DNA from: Phoronis australis
Taxonomy: Eukaryota; Animalia; Phoronida
Assembly (NCBI GenBank): GCA_002633005.1
Contig: NMRA01000021.1
Location: 483,112-530,668, forward strand
Reading direction: 5' to 3'
DNA length: 47,557 bases
Positions 35,901 through 47,535 of the stretch are shown here, in pieces (position 1 is the stretch's first letter; each line of letters begins with the position of its first letter). A program made the position numbers and the translations under genes. The notes below the pieces were generated by a model that saw nothing but the letters and a program-made list of their open reading frames with translations, had not been told where the DNA came from and did not search any database.

Positions 35901-38900
35901 TAACATCATATAAATATACTTTAATATTAAATTTCGTAAAGATCCTGTGAACGGTTTAGGTGATACAGCCATAGGTGCAACAAAACAAAACAAAACTGCC
36001 ACTAGGAGGCGCCACAGTAGTCGAAATCGTCAGAAAATCGACAACCGTCCTCTTCTTAGTAAGCACATACATGCCAATTTTCACAATCATCCTTTGAGCG
36101 ATTTGGTTGATAGAGGGGTGGATGCAAAAAAACAGAATCGAAAACAGTAAAAATGGCCACTAGGTGGCGCAAACTATATCGAATCCATCCGAAAACGTGA
36201 GGATAGCGTCATCTCACTCATAGGTGCCTACATAACAAATTTCATGAAAATTCGTTCAGGACTTTTGAAGATACAATTGAAAGGAAAGTGTAAAAAAAAC
36301 TAAAATTGCCACTAGGGGGCACACTGGTACTCAGATCCGTCTGAAAGTTCGCTTATGCCGTCCTATTCATGAATGGAACATATGTGCCAAATTTCATGAA
36401 CGTATGTCAAAGGGTTTTGGAGTTAGAGCAGCGAACGCCGGACGCCGCCCGGACGAACGGAGATGACGGCATAATGCATCCACATATAAATATAATGTAG
36501 GCGCATAAAATGAAAATATTCTCACAGTTTGGAATGGCAATACCCTATAAGTAGAGTAACCACAGCAGAAACTGACTAAGTTGGTTTACCTTTCAGGGTG
36601 CTGAGGACTATTATTATCTCCATGACCTGGAGAGTTGGTACTTAAGCTGGGATTGTCAGTATGCCAACAACAGCTGTCTGAACTATCACCGCTCCCTCTG
36701 GTGAGAGACTCGGAGTGCAATGTACTATTAAGAGCAGACGACTGTGGCATGTCTGTGTCTTGTGGTGCCTGCAATGCCAACAATTTCTAATCATCAAATG
36801 ACTCAATCTGTTTCACGCGTTCAAGCCTCATGCAGTGACACCTATAAGACCATCGGTTTTGGGTGGAACCATTTGTTTGTTTTTAATACAGCGTTCCTAA
36901 TTATGCATGACAAAATGGAATGAACAAAGTTCATCGATTGCTTCAATAGGAAGATTAACCTCGGCTAACCGAACTTACACTGGCAATTTGAAGTTTGCAA
37001 TTTCGATTTGACCAAACTAGCACTGCGTAGAACTTTGAAGGCCTATGTGCCCAATTCTGTAGAAATAACATGGAACACCTACGTCCACGTAACATAATAA
37101 GATTATTGCGTCACATTGTACTGTTCCTAACAGCATGGCATGTATGTTTTCAACCGCTAGTTTGCCCATAGAAAATAATGTCATGAGTTTATTTTTACTG
37201 TATTAAGTTCATTTCAATGTTGTCATTTCAGTAATTCCCGTGTTTTCCCCGTCATTGAATTACTTAGGGCGGTTCCAGTAAAATCCGTGTGGGAGGGGGG
37301 AAGGCAATTGAAATAAAAATTTAAAGGTGGTTGTGTTTGATTTAAATTCAAAATGGCTGGCAGGTCGTTGTCGTTTCATTGGGCCTTAATGTTTAATGGT
37401 GGGTAATTTCAGTAAGTTTTATAAACAATCCGCACAAAATCAACAACTAAAATAAGAACGCAACTTGCAAAAAGCTCTGACTTTTTCACTCCCTCCAATC
37501 TCCCCATCGGCATGCCCATAACATCAGTCAACCAGAGGTGCTTCAATTTCTCAACGGCTAATAACCATATATAAGAAACATAATTATGTTTTCTGAGTAA
37601 TGAATGACATCAGTGGTGATCGAGGAACAGATAAACTCAAGTGCCTGTGCAATCAACCACAAGAACAAAAAAAATTACGGGTGGTTGCCTTTCAAACTTA
37701 ATACAAAAAATTACAGGTGGTGGGCTGAAGATATAAATGAAAAATATGGGTGGTGGGTGCGAAAAAAATTGCCTTCCCCCTCCCATACAGATTTTACTGG
37801 AACAGCTCTCATAATAATTTACCATTAATAAGGTGTATATGCACGGTAAATTTGTGTAGAAATATTATCCCCACCAATTTCTATTAATGCAACAAAAATG
37901 AAGTCACAAAGGACCGCATTCTCCTTAACAGTAAACCTTTTGTCTCATAACAAGCTACCAAACCATTAAAACAACAGTTATTATAACTATTGAGGTTTCT
38001 CCGTGGTATTATGACCACTACAGCTGTTGTTCAACCAGACCTGACACAGGCAGCAACTTCCTTTCTCTTTACTAGAGACACTTTCTTCGTTCACTTCCAC
38101 CTTTTCTCCTGTTCTACAGAGAGAGGGCACAGATTACCACAAACAAACATGACGTCGGGAGTATGCAATAAATATTACGAAATTGTAAATTACACATTAG
38201 TCACATGTATTTACGATAAAATCTCACTATTTTAGGACACAATATGGTGGACAGGAGAAATTACTTTCTCATTTTTTCTTAATAATCGATATGCAGCTAC
38301 AAGAATGATGCTTTGCCATATTCAAAATATATATTATAGATACCAACAGACAATATTTTGAAAAACTGTGGGCACAGATGATATTAACAAAGTTAGAAGC
38401 TATTGAAAATTGAAAGAAATGCAATTTTGGGAATTATTTTTGTTCGAAACTGGTGAGAGTTTACCGAACAAATCTATGACAATATGTGAAAGAGTATTCA
38501 TTATGCCTCACAAAAGTAAAGTTCATCAGAGCGCAGTACGTACCTCATTATTGTATACACTGTCGAGGGGAAATTTGCCTGAAGACCATTAACGAAAGAC
38601 TCAGTCAGCCGATCTATACTGCTCTTGTCTTCAGACTACAGGAAATGAAACCACAACATGACATGGAGTAAAGAATTCGGTAATAGTCTAATATAACGTG
38701 TCTGAGTTTGAGAACAAGGTTTCTCAAATGAATAACCGGCATCAACTGAGTCTCAAAATGCAGTTACATTATATCAGACATTTGCACAAAACTGAGCATC
38801 AGATTCTGGAGACAACTCGAGGGATTTCATCTACAGAACTGCTGTCACTTTTCCAATGCATTGTGGGATGGATATCCAATGACATCACCAATAACTTGAT

Positions 38901-41900
38901 GGAAAACACTTATCATTTAAATACACCAGAATTGAAATCATGAGTCAAGTGCAACATGCTTCTTGTTAGGACAAAGCAATCATCAATGAATAATAAAAGA
39001 CTGAAAGTAAGCGTCAACATGCATAGCACAAATGCTCGAAAGATGTGGAAATCGATTGGTGCCAGCAACCTGTCTAGTCGTTTTCGAAAAATCAACAGAC
39101 ACGTAAAGGTAACAGTGGACGGGTGGGATGTGGACTATATGGGACCACAACTTTTTTGAGGGCAAGTAAAAATGGAGAACAGAAAATGATCTTTCTTACC
39201 ATAGTTGTAAAACTCTCCAGCACTGTGGGATGTAGGCTGTTGAAGACGTTATACATAGCTATCTCTTTTGAAGTAAACTCTCTGAAAGTCAGCAGAGGCC
39301 ATATGAAACCTATCAAATGCTTTTGACTGGTGCAGTCAATGCAGTGCAGCACTCGGTCCACAAATTGACCGACAGTCATTGTTAACAACATGAATTGACT
39401 GACACGGTGATTGTAGCACAGCAAACACAGTCTACGAATTGACGGACGCAGTCAATGCAGTACAGCAAACACAGTCTACGAATTGACGGACACAGTCAAT
39501 GCAGCACAGCAAACACAGTCTACGAATTGACGGACACAGTCAATGCAGCACAGCAAACACAGTCTACGAATTGATGGACGCAGTCAATGCAGCACAGCAA
39601 ACACAGTCTACGAATTGACGGACGCAGTCAATGCAGTACAGCAAACTCTGTCCATGGATTGACTAAGAGTCATTGCCATGCAGGAAACTCAGTGACACAT
39701 TAAATGTAGCACAATATTTTTAGAAGTCATTTACATCTACATGTATGTAATTATCAACACCTGCTTTGGTCAATTTTTAAATTTACTTCAAGTTATTAAT
39801 CCAAAGTCTTGATTTTTCAACACCAATGTTGTACATAACTTACATAAATTAATTGTATTTATTCCTGGTCCATGCATGCGTGTGGTGTGGGCGTATCAGA
39901 GACTATAGAGGCTAGGATACTTGTTCCTGACTTGTACAAACAACTGAGTATCATGAATATGCAACAATAACAATGAGACATTCAAATAGAAATCATACTA
40001 TGTCAAGTAGAAAGGTTAAATGTTTATCATTCAAAAGCAGTGTGATTGTATTACCTGAGAGGTCTAACCAATGTAACATCACTGTATCTTTCATCTGTGA
40101 AACCCTGAAAACAGTTGACTTGTTCAGTGACATTACTGCAGAGTCAATCACAAATTAACAAAAAAAATTCTTAATGTGGATTTTGACCAGAGAAATAAAT
40201 GTCACTCTCATGAGAATGAGACGAATGTCCTGCAACACTGAGCACAACATTTTTTTGAAAATGTGTTCTACAAAAAATGCAATTTAAATAAATGGACTTA
40301 AGGTCACAAAGTGCTGGAAAACATAACTCCAATTATCACTAGTAATAAGTCACGGATATACTTTGAAAATAAATCCGAAGAATGTATAAATGCATCCACA
40401 AACCTGGAACCAAGCAGTCATAATGCAAAATGTTTGTTGTATAACAATGAATACACGTGAGAGCATGAAATTCTCTTGCGTAAACTCACAACATCCAGAG
40501 ATATACTAGCTCCTCTGCCCTGAGCGATGTTGGAAAGCAGACAAACAGACAGTCCTGTAGCCGTGTCGCCGAGTATCACCTTCTTAAAGCCATGTTCAGC
40601 AGCCATCTTTACAAGAAGTCGGTGTCTGGAGAAAACATAAGTTGGTATGAAGGCATAGGTCTAAGGTATGAATATTGGTCATATTTTGCATAGGTTCTGC
40701 ATTGGATAAAATAAATTTAATTACAGTTTTATCATCAATACTATGTGATAAGCAAATGCATCATGACTAAACTTAGTTGAAGTTGTTTTTTAACTAGAAG
40801 TGCTTTTGGGTTTAAAAAAACTACCAGGTTCGCCCAATCTTGAATTGTAGTCAAGTGAACCGGCAACTCAAGTCAACTTCACAATGTCAGTGCAGACTAA
40901 CCCGGAATAAACAAAGAAGTCTTTCCTTGAGTCACTAACATCTTCAGTGTTGTTGCTGGTAAGGGAAATGAACTCCTATCATGGTAAGTAATGGTAAGTA
41001 ATAGTGCAAGACTGATTTTACGGAAGCAAGAAGTCTAATGCCTTTTGTGTAGCAAATTAAAGGGAAAATGAAGTTTTAAGGCTTTATAGGCAGAGAATCG
41101 TTCATTGGCTGAAGTAATGCAAGATGTAACAAGTATATTGAAATGATGACCAACTATTTTATGAAATCAACAGAAACTTTCTTTAAAATAGGTTCTCGAT
41201 TTTTAAAAAATGCTGCAGCTTTTTTGAACACACTGAATAAAATGCACCATGGAAAAACATGGCAAAGCAGCTGATTATGGAAATTAAATCATTTTTTAAA
41301 GAAACATTGATGAGATAACAATGACTTACTTGAGTGTGCGTAGTAAGTCCTCCTTGGCAGTAACAGACTGTGGAGAGTTAAACAGGGACTTCATGACTTC
41401 TGTGTCTTCACTTGTAATACTACTACGTAAATTTTCACTGCTGTAGTATTTCAGTGCCTTTTGACCACCGGCAAGAATCTAGAATTATAAATTGCAAGTT
41501 CAACAAAAAGTACTGAATGGTTTTACATAAGAGCAGTTTCTGATTTACACTGACCTTGTCGGCCCGTGGGTCATAAGTACTGAAGTCAGCATGAATAAAC
41601 GTAGTAAACAGTCACGTACTTTCCATTTTTAAAATCTACTTAATTTTCTTGGAAGTCTTTTTGTCTCTGAAATTCTGTAGTAGATATAGAGGCCTACCCA
41701 AAAAAAGTTCAATTGTCACTAGAGGGAACTCAGATTCATCTGAAAATTCGCTTGCTAATTCCTTCCATGAAAGAAACATGACTGCGGAGTTTTATGAGCA
41801 TCCATCCCCGAGTTCTGGAGATACAGCAGCAGATGACGAACAGACTATGCACAGCCAAAAAGACAGCATAGTGTCTCCCACACATATATTTAAAATATAT

Positions 41901-44900
41901 ATGGGCCCATAAAAGGGATGCATTTCTAAGGTTATATATAATGGACTGCAGTTGTTTTAAATTACAAAAAATATGCCAGAGTGTTTGATGGAGATTTAAT
42001 GCCAAAACATCATGAAACTTCGTTAACTTGCAACGTTGAAAAGTGTCAGAAACAACATAAAATATTCACACAAGTTTTAAATAAAAGCATTTATTTCTGA
42101 TGAAATCATTCCTTCATTTTGTACGTCATTGTATTTCACTTTATAGTGACCAAAACATTTTAACTTGTTTCACAATCCTGCAGCCAGATGTCCGCAGATT
42201 TGTTAAAAGTATTACCTGCTCCAAAGCAACTGTGTGCCCTGGCAAGCCAGAGGTTTGAATGATTGACATCACTTTCTCACAGTGTAACAGACGATGGTCA
42301 AATGAATGACCAAGTGCAGCGCCCTCTGTGGCATGAATAAAGATACAAATTGCATCACACATGGTGTTAAGTACAACAGCCACACAGAAGAAACATTGAA
42401 ATTCAACTATAAACAAAAAATAAACGCATGTTTTTATTTTTATCAAAATTGAGATTATCAAACAGTGCAAATTACTTTCATGACGTGATGTCAGCGTTCC
42501 TCTTCAACTTTGCCAACACAGTAATACCTAACTGCTAGAACTTCAAAACTGTACATACTAAGTATGACACAAAGTATCGATTGAAATGTACTTACCATTC
42601 CAGTCTGGACCCAGTGCACTTATACTGGGAAATTAAAAAGGATGAAGATAAGGTATTTTGCAAGACATAGTGACATTTTGTAAAAACAGCAAATTTTTGT
42701 GAATAAATTTGGAGATATCCTTAAAAGTAAATGGAAATTAGAAATGGTGGCAGGGTTAAAGTTTAACAAGGGTGTTAACCCAGATGTGTATGGCAACATT
42801 GTTAACTTATTTGCCTTATTTACCATCTATAAAACACAGCGTCGGAATAAACCTGAGTTTCTTCTTGGCTTTCTCCCCCAGTCCCTAGCAAGAGAAAAAA
42901 ATGTTAACAACCACAATTTAACTTACAAAATTCCAAAACTTCCAACAATAATAAGGGAAAAAATGACCTTTTTCAATTTCCAAGGTTTATTATAACACCA
43001 TAAAGAATACCCTTGGTTTCTTCAAGCATTGTCTGATGGCAGGTATGGTACAAAACTCAACAACAGTAACGCAATGCATTGAAATACACCCACGACCGCA
43101 CAGCAAATGGTATACTTTTTAAGTGTGCTAATTAGTAAAACAAAAATGGCTACAATATGCTGAACCTGTCCAAAATGGGAAGGTCTCGTAGCCTCTCTAA
43201 TAGAAACCTATTTTCCAAATTTCACAGCATTCAGTCCAGGCATTCAAAAGATACAGAGATCAACACAAAAAATTGAATCACCACTAATACCCACAGCCGT
43301 CATGGTCGCAACTGTATGAAAGAAGTTGTCATTTGTTGTCACGTCCACGAGAAAACACTAGTCATATTTCACAAAGATCCCACATGAGGTTACAAAAATA
43401 CTGTTGTGGTTACAAAAAATGATTGCCACTAGGTGGTGCCACAGTATGACCAATCCATCTGAAAATCAATGTCAGCCATGCTGTTGTCAGTAGGAAAACC
43501 TCTGCCAATAGCGGATTTGCAGCGACGCCATATTGAAATTAGGTTAAAATGGTGCATTGTGGGTGCTGTGGTCAGGATTCCGAAAGTGGCCATAGTAACA
43601 AGCATAATACGCGGTATGAGCGCGAAGAAAACTTATGGCGGATACACTTGTTGTGTTCCTGGCTGCTTCAGAAACAACAAGAGAGATAAAAATGTGAGTT
43701 TGTATGTGTTTCCTGCAAACCAAGAACTTCGTGAAAAATGGATAAACAACATTAGGAGACCTGGGAGTAAGGGGAAATTTAGCGCATTCAAACGAACGCG
43801 GGGCCATCTACTAGTAGGCAACACGTAGCCCCTCGGTTGGCCATGTAGGGGCTACAATACTTCCATTCGCTTTCTGTACTCATTTCGTTACTCCAGTGTA
43901 TTTTAAACGGGCCGTGACCGGATTTGGGTTACCGATTTCGNACATGCCTGACCACAAGCTATCCCATGAGCCTTCGCGAAGGAAGTAACTCGCACATCAC
44001 ATGCGCAATGCGTAGTTCGTCTGCGCTGCAAATCCGCTATTTTCTAATGATCCCTTGAACACTTTAGTGGAAGAAAGAGCTAACACCAAAACAAAAGACT
44101 CAAAAATGATAAAATGACTGCTATGTGAAGCAGAATATGGCTGCTAGGTGAAGCAGAATATGACTGCTATGTGAAGCAGAATATGGCTGCTAGGTGAAGC
44201 AGAATATGGCTAAATCCATCTGAAACTAAAAAGGAGTCGTCTCCATAATAGAAACCAATTTCATGAAATTCTGTCAAGGAACTGTGAAAATACATTACTT
44301 AGGTAATCGTAAAAAACTACAATTGTCACTAGGCAACACACCAGTAGTCAGATCCATCTAGAAATTGTCGTCGTTTGTAGTCAGCTCCATAGAAACACAA
44401 CTGGCAACTTAAATGAAGATTCTCCAAGGGGTTTTGAACGTTGGACTTGCACAGGCAGATGGCAGCACTATGCACCCATATTATAAAGTGGATGGATAAT
44501 AGAAAGGTACCATAGCTGTAACTACAGTTACTGTAAGTTCTATAACACTTTCAATACTATAGTGTCACACAGACAGTACCTGTTGAGTTAAATGTAGAAG
44601 AGCAGTGGAAGCTGAACCTCCAGAGAAGGCCACCAGGGTGCGCTCACCATCACAGAACAGTTTTTTGTTCTTACCAAAAGCAGACCTGAACTTATGAGTG
44701 CAGTAAGACAGAAAACAGGACCTGTGGGGACAATTCAAGTGTTAAAAATGAAGTTCTATGAACATTTTTTTTTTAAATTACACAAAAACTGCATTTTGTA
44801 ACACCTTTCTTCTTCATAAATTGATGAAACCAATGGATTTTAGCTTTTTGGCTTTCAAAAACACACTAGTTGAAGACATGGCAGTGACTTACGTAGTCTA

Positions 44901-47097
44901 CCCTACCCTGGCACTGTCTCAAATAGTCATAACTAAATATTTGTGCTTGCTTCAAACTTACACACCACTTACAGCAGACCATGGGTCAGATACTGTGTTT
45001 TTTCTTGGAACTGGACTAGCCTATGTAGTAGGGGTGTCTGGTTGTGAACTCAGGAGACCCATAAATGGCTTTCATTGCTCAATACTATGTGATGACACCT
45101 GAACTTGAAATTATAAACTAATTCTGATTGTGTTTTCCACAGCGAGGCTGTTAACAGTCAGAAGGCGTGGCTGAATAAAGACATTCGCAGTTAACAAAAC
45201 CGTTTGAAGCCAAGAGTCTGTGCGAGTTAAACGCAATTCTAACATTGACAGGATTTTTTTAATCATTGGGAGGAGACATTTTGGGCCTGATGAGAATGAT
45301 TATGGACCATTTTAAATATTTTTCAGAGGGGAATGGAGTTCATATTCTGCCTCAACACTAAGGCATAGAGTGGCCTGCAGTATATTTGTCGATCCTTCAT
45401 AAAACTGAGCAGATTACTGAGATATACATGAAATGACAGCTGTATCTTGAGACTGCTATCAACCAATATTCTGTACAGGAGAGCTGTTGCGAAATTATTC
45501 TGGTCTAAAAAAGTAATAAAAGCGGCTTACTTAGCCTGATGCTGATGGTCATAATATCAAAACACAGCAAAAACAATTTGTTTACAGTTTGTGTGCTAAG
45601 CATTCCAAATCGTGTGACAGAAGAATTTGTAATAAAACCACGCACATGAACAGCCTGTTTGACAAAACAATGACTATTACGTCATTGAACTTACCAATCA
45701 ATCTCCTTACCTACAAAACGGGTCATTAGCTGACCGTATTACAACTGATGCTTTGTCTCCACACTTCATGCATTTAGAGGACCTGGTGCTGTAACAACAC
45801 AATAGTTCAGTGATATGAAAACACGGCTTTGTGCCTGAGTCTATGAATGGTCTACAAGATTAATTATAATGAAATCAAGGAATCAGGGAAACTGATATCA
45901 ATCCAAATGAAATTGGCATCAAGCTACGCAAATTTCTAAGTTATCTGTCGTAGACCCAGTAAGCCACCAGATCGAGTTAACTTGTTCTGCTTACATGGCT
46001 CAACCTCGTGGACTGACTAAACTTCTGCACCCAAGTTGCAGCCTACCGCTCAAAGCTGAATGTTTGCCTCAAGTTTATAGTCTGCCAAATACAGATTTCC
46101 GCAATTTAATTTCATTTTCATGCACTTTTTATCATTTTACCTCTCTTCCCAAACAAAAGGGAAATCTACTTTATAAAAGTCACATTTGGCAGACCTGGTC
46201 ACCATAAAATCATGGCAAATGTTCAGATTTCAATGACAGAGTGCACCTCGGCATAGGAGTTCACTTTGGTCTACGAGGTTAGACCATGTAAGCAGACCAA
46301 GTTAACCCAGTCTGGTGACTTACTGGATCTACCACATATCTAGTAAGTCATTTCAGGCCCTAACATTTGCCGGAACATCACAAAATCTCGTAATTTCCTT
46401 TTAATATAGCATCCAGTTCTGATATTTTGTTGTGACATGTATGCAACCTCATGGAAGAAGAACAGCTGATTGAAGAATGGTTAAAAAAGAAACTAACCAA
46501 TACAATGCGGTAACCTTCAACTACCTTGAAAATCTTTCACTGTTAGAAACCAAATATATTGTGACATGAGCGCCGTCTATTGATGGAGTCATGAGTGAGG
46601 ACGAGTCGTCAGTTTAGTTCCAGAAGCTAGAGTGTGTTATTATATTTTAAAGGGGTGTAAGATGGCCAATTCCTTATATGGAACTTCCGATGACGAAATT
46701 TTTAGTTCTATTCTGATTGGTTTTCACATTTAACTTGAGACCCCTATTTTAGCGTAATTTGTTATTTGGAACATTCGCGTTGCCTGTTCTCAGAATTGTC
46801 TCGGCTGAAGTCGGAAAAGGTCATTACTGCTGGGCTTTTCTCACTAACCAAGCTGTGCGGACAAGAACTGCACTGTGCAAAAGATTCACACAGTGCTATT
46901 ATTTGTTTTGAAAAGCAGTTGTTTTGCTGTGAAACTATGTCTTTAATGACTGTTGCGTGCTGAGCAGCTCGTCATTTGAATCGGAAACTCCGACTAAGTT
47001 GAGTTATAAACACTGTCGATGATAAATTACAGTTAACTTACTCAACTGGAGCACTCATTTCTGGAGCACAAGCTCCTTCATCTTGTACGCTACACAT
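32905..47097 (-). CDS. CTU2: Cytoplasmic tRNA 2-thiolation protein 2 (Ncs2/CTU2), complete, 15 coding exons, 470 aa
   Basis: Exons 47042-47097, 45711-45788, 44580-44721, 42824-42884, 42216-42325, 41330-41478, 40490-40625, 40055-40104, 39200-39281, 38544-38635, 38041-38113, 36590-36768, 33991-34054, 33622-33680 and 32905-32986 join in frame (1413 nt) with GT-AG ends. Motifs: MCSV, CMKC, FCRSCF..HKFR, FSGGSAS, LGDTATGL..IAQGRG, VRPLRE, FPSTVYTIMRTGEK, CCLC, LCYGC, DCLIEED. Confidence 0.95.
33622..33680 (-). CDS. CTU2: CTU2 coding exon 14
   Basis: SDTDKLPLSVLQDVDSHVN; donor GTAAGA. Confidence 0.85.
33991..34054 (-). CDS. CTU2: CTU2 coding exon 13
   Basis: SSRRDILNALCYGCRLTVKEM; donor GTACGT. 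Confidence 0.9.
35270..36510. mobile_element. Interspersed element with internal ~145-bp tandem monomers (3-mer higher-order unit), Helentron/HINE-like; CTU2 intron 12
   Basis: Eight monomers each carry CCACTAG(G/A/T)NGG, and most also carry (GCC)AA(A/T)TTTCA. The end has CGGACG repeats followed by GGCATAATGCATCC...GGCGCATAAAA. A related decayed copy is at about 43130-44500. The superfamily assignment is an inference from end structure. Confidence 0.65.
36590..36768 (-). CDS. CTU2: CTU2 coding exon 12
   Basis: APQDTDMPQSSALNSTLHSESLTR...SPQHPE; acceptor ttgcag, donor GTAAAC. Confidence 0.82.
37267..37808 (-). mobile_element. PIF/Harbinger-type MITE, copy 2 (inverted relative to 3827-4402; CTU2 intron 11)
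   Basis: TIRs GGGCGGTTCCAGTAAAATCCGT...ACAGATTTTACTGGAACAGCTC with TTA/TCA flanks. The internal sequence is the reverse complement of copy 1. Confidence 0.85.
38041..38113 (-). CDS. CTU2: CTU2 coding exon 11
   Basis: TGEKVEVNEESVSSKEKGSCCLCQ; donor GTCTGG. Confidence 0.88.
38544..38635 (-). CDS. CTU2: CTU2 coding exon 10
   Basis: SEDKSSIDRLTESFVNGLQANFPSTVYTIM; donor GTACGT. Confidence 0.93.
39200..39281 (-). CDS. CTU2: CTU2 coding exon 9
   Basis: EFTSKEIAMYNVFNSLHPTVLESFTTM; donor GTAAGA. Confidence 0.92.
39328..39665. repeat. 44-bp minisatellite, about 5 clean copies plus degenerate flanking copies (CTU2 intron 8)
   Basis: Unit GCAAACACAGTCTACGAATTGACGGAC(G/A)CAGTCAATGCAG(T/C)ACA. Confidence 0.95.
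40055..40104 (-). CDS. CTU2: CTU2 coding exon 8
   Basis: GFTDERYSDVTLVRPL; donor GTAATA. Confidence 0.92.
40490..40625 (-). CDS. CTU2: CTU2 coding exon 7
   Basis: HRLLVKMAAEHGFKKVILGDTATGLSVCLLSNIAQGRGASISLDV; donor GTGAGT. Confidence 0.94.
41330..41478 (-). CDS. CTU2: CTU2 coding exon 6
   Basis: ILAGGQKALK...MKSLFNSPQSVTAKEDLLRTL; donor GTAAGT. Confidence 0.88.
42216..42325 (-). CDS. CTU2: CTU2 coding exon 5
   Basis: EGAALGHSFDHRLLHCEKVMSIIQTSGLPGHTVALEQ; donor GTAATA. Confidence 0.92.
42824..42884 (-). CDS. CTU2: CTU2 coding exon 4
   Basis: GLGEKAKKKLRFIPTLCFID; donor GTAAAT. Confidence 0.92.
43510..44038 (+). mobile_element. Internally deleted THAP-domain DNA transposon (ISL2EU/Harbinger-related), 529 bp
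   Basis: Perfect 15-bp TIR AGCGGATTTGCAGCG / CGCTGCAAATCCGCT with AT TSD. The ORF from ATG 43616 reads MSAKKTYGGYTCCVPGCFRNNKRDKNVSLYVFPANQELREKWINNIRR, a THAP zinc finger (CxxxxC, FP, W) whose final CxxHF motif is disrupted. Confidence 0.85.
44114..44211. repeat. 23-bp minisatellite, about 4 copies in alternating A/B variants
   Basis: ATGACTGCTATGTGAAGCAGAAT alternates with ATGGCTGCTAGGTGAAGCAGAAT. Confidence 0.9.
44580..44721 (-). CDS. CTU2: CTU2 coding exon 3
   Basis: SCFLSYCTHKFRSAFGKNKKLFCDGERTLVAFSGGSASTALLHLTQQ; donor GTACTG. Confidence 0.94.
45711..45788 (-). CDS. CTU2: CTU2 coding exon 2
   Basis: TRSSKCMKCGDKASVVIRSANDPFC; donor GTAAGG. An alternative in-frame acceptor 6 nt further in is possible. 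Confidence 0.9.
47042..47097 (-). CDS. CTU2: CTU2 first coding exon
   Basis: MCSVQDEGACAPEMSAPV; donor GTAAGT. The MC(S/Q)V start matches CTU2 as I recall it. Confidence 0.88.
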
Positions 47098-47207
47098 TCC
47101 TCCGTGAACTGGAGGAAAGAGTATGGTTATGATTGGCGTGGAGAACTAGAAAACCGTCTAAGCACACACGTGAAAACATCCGTTGCATCAAATTCACACA
47201 AACCTAC

Positions 47208-47345
47208 CTCCTTTTCAGAAGAGTTGCCCTACTTCGGCAACAAAGGACCAACAGGCGAGAACATCTCCAGTGATCACACGGTGATCGCGTACCGGTACCT
47301 CCAGAACTAGAAGACTTCTTCTATTCCATTTTTGTGAGAAATCAG
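47208..47345 (-). other. Probable non-coding 5' UTR exon of CTU2 (99-nt intron at 47109-47207)
   Basis: Donor GAG|GTAGGT at 47207 and acceptor tctttcctccag at 47109, 11 nt before the ATG. An in-frame upstream TGA shows the exon is non-coding. The 5' end is approximate. Confidence 0.55.
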
Positions 47346-47535
47346 GTCAAATTTGTATTATTCTGTGCTCTGATACGTATTCTTTACGTAGATAACTATC
47401 TGTCTAACTCGCTCGAAACCATTTACTACGTAACTTCGTAAGCCAACCGACTAGAGCGACGTCTTTCGTGAAAATGGCCCGAAACTATCCGAGTTGCAAC
47501 ATGTCCCTGACAGGGTCGGTGCCGTACCCTAATGG

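Larger units (their letters stand above)
43130..44500. mobile_element. Decayed relative of the 35270-36510 element, interrupted by a THAP MITE and a minisatellite (CTU2 intron 3)
   Basis: Shares GATTGCCACTAGGTGGTGCCACAGTA, CCAAATTTCA, AATTGTCACTAGG...CAGTAGTCAGATCC and a similar 3' end. Boundaries are approximate. Confidence 0.6.

Noticed and set aside
38700-39125. Faint RT-like words on the minus strand (LYVSVDFSK, LLLFIDDCFVL) in CTU2 intron 9
   Set aside because: They are too degenerate and too closely spaced for a confident LINE call, though they may be an ancient fragment.
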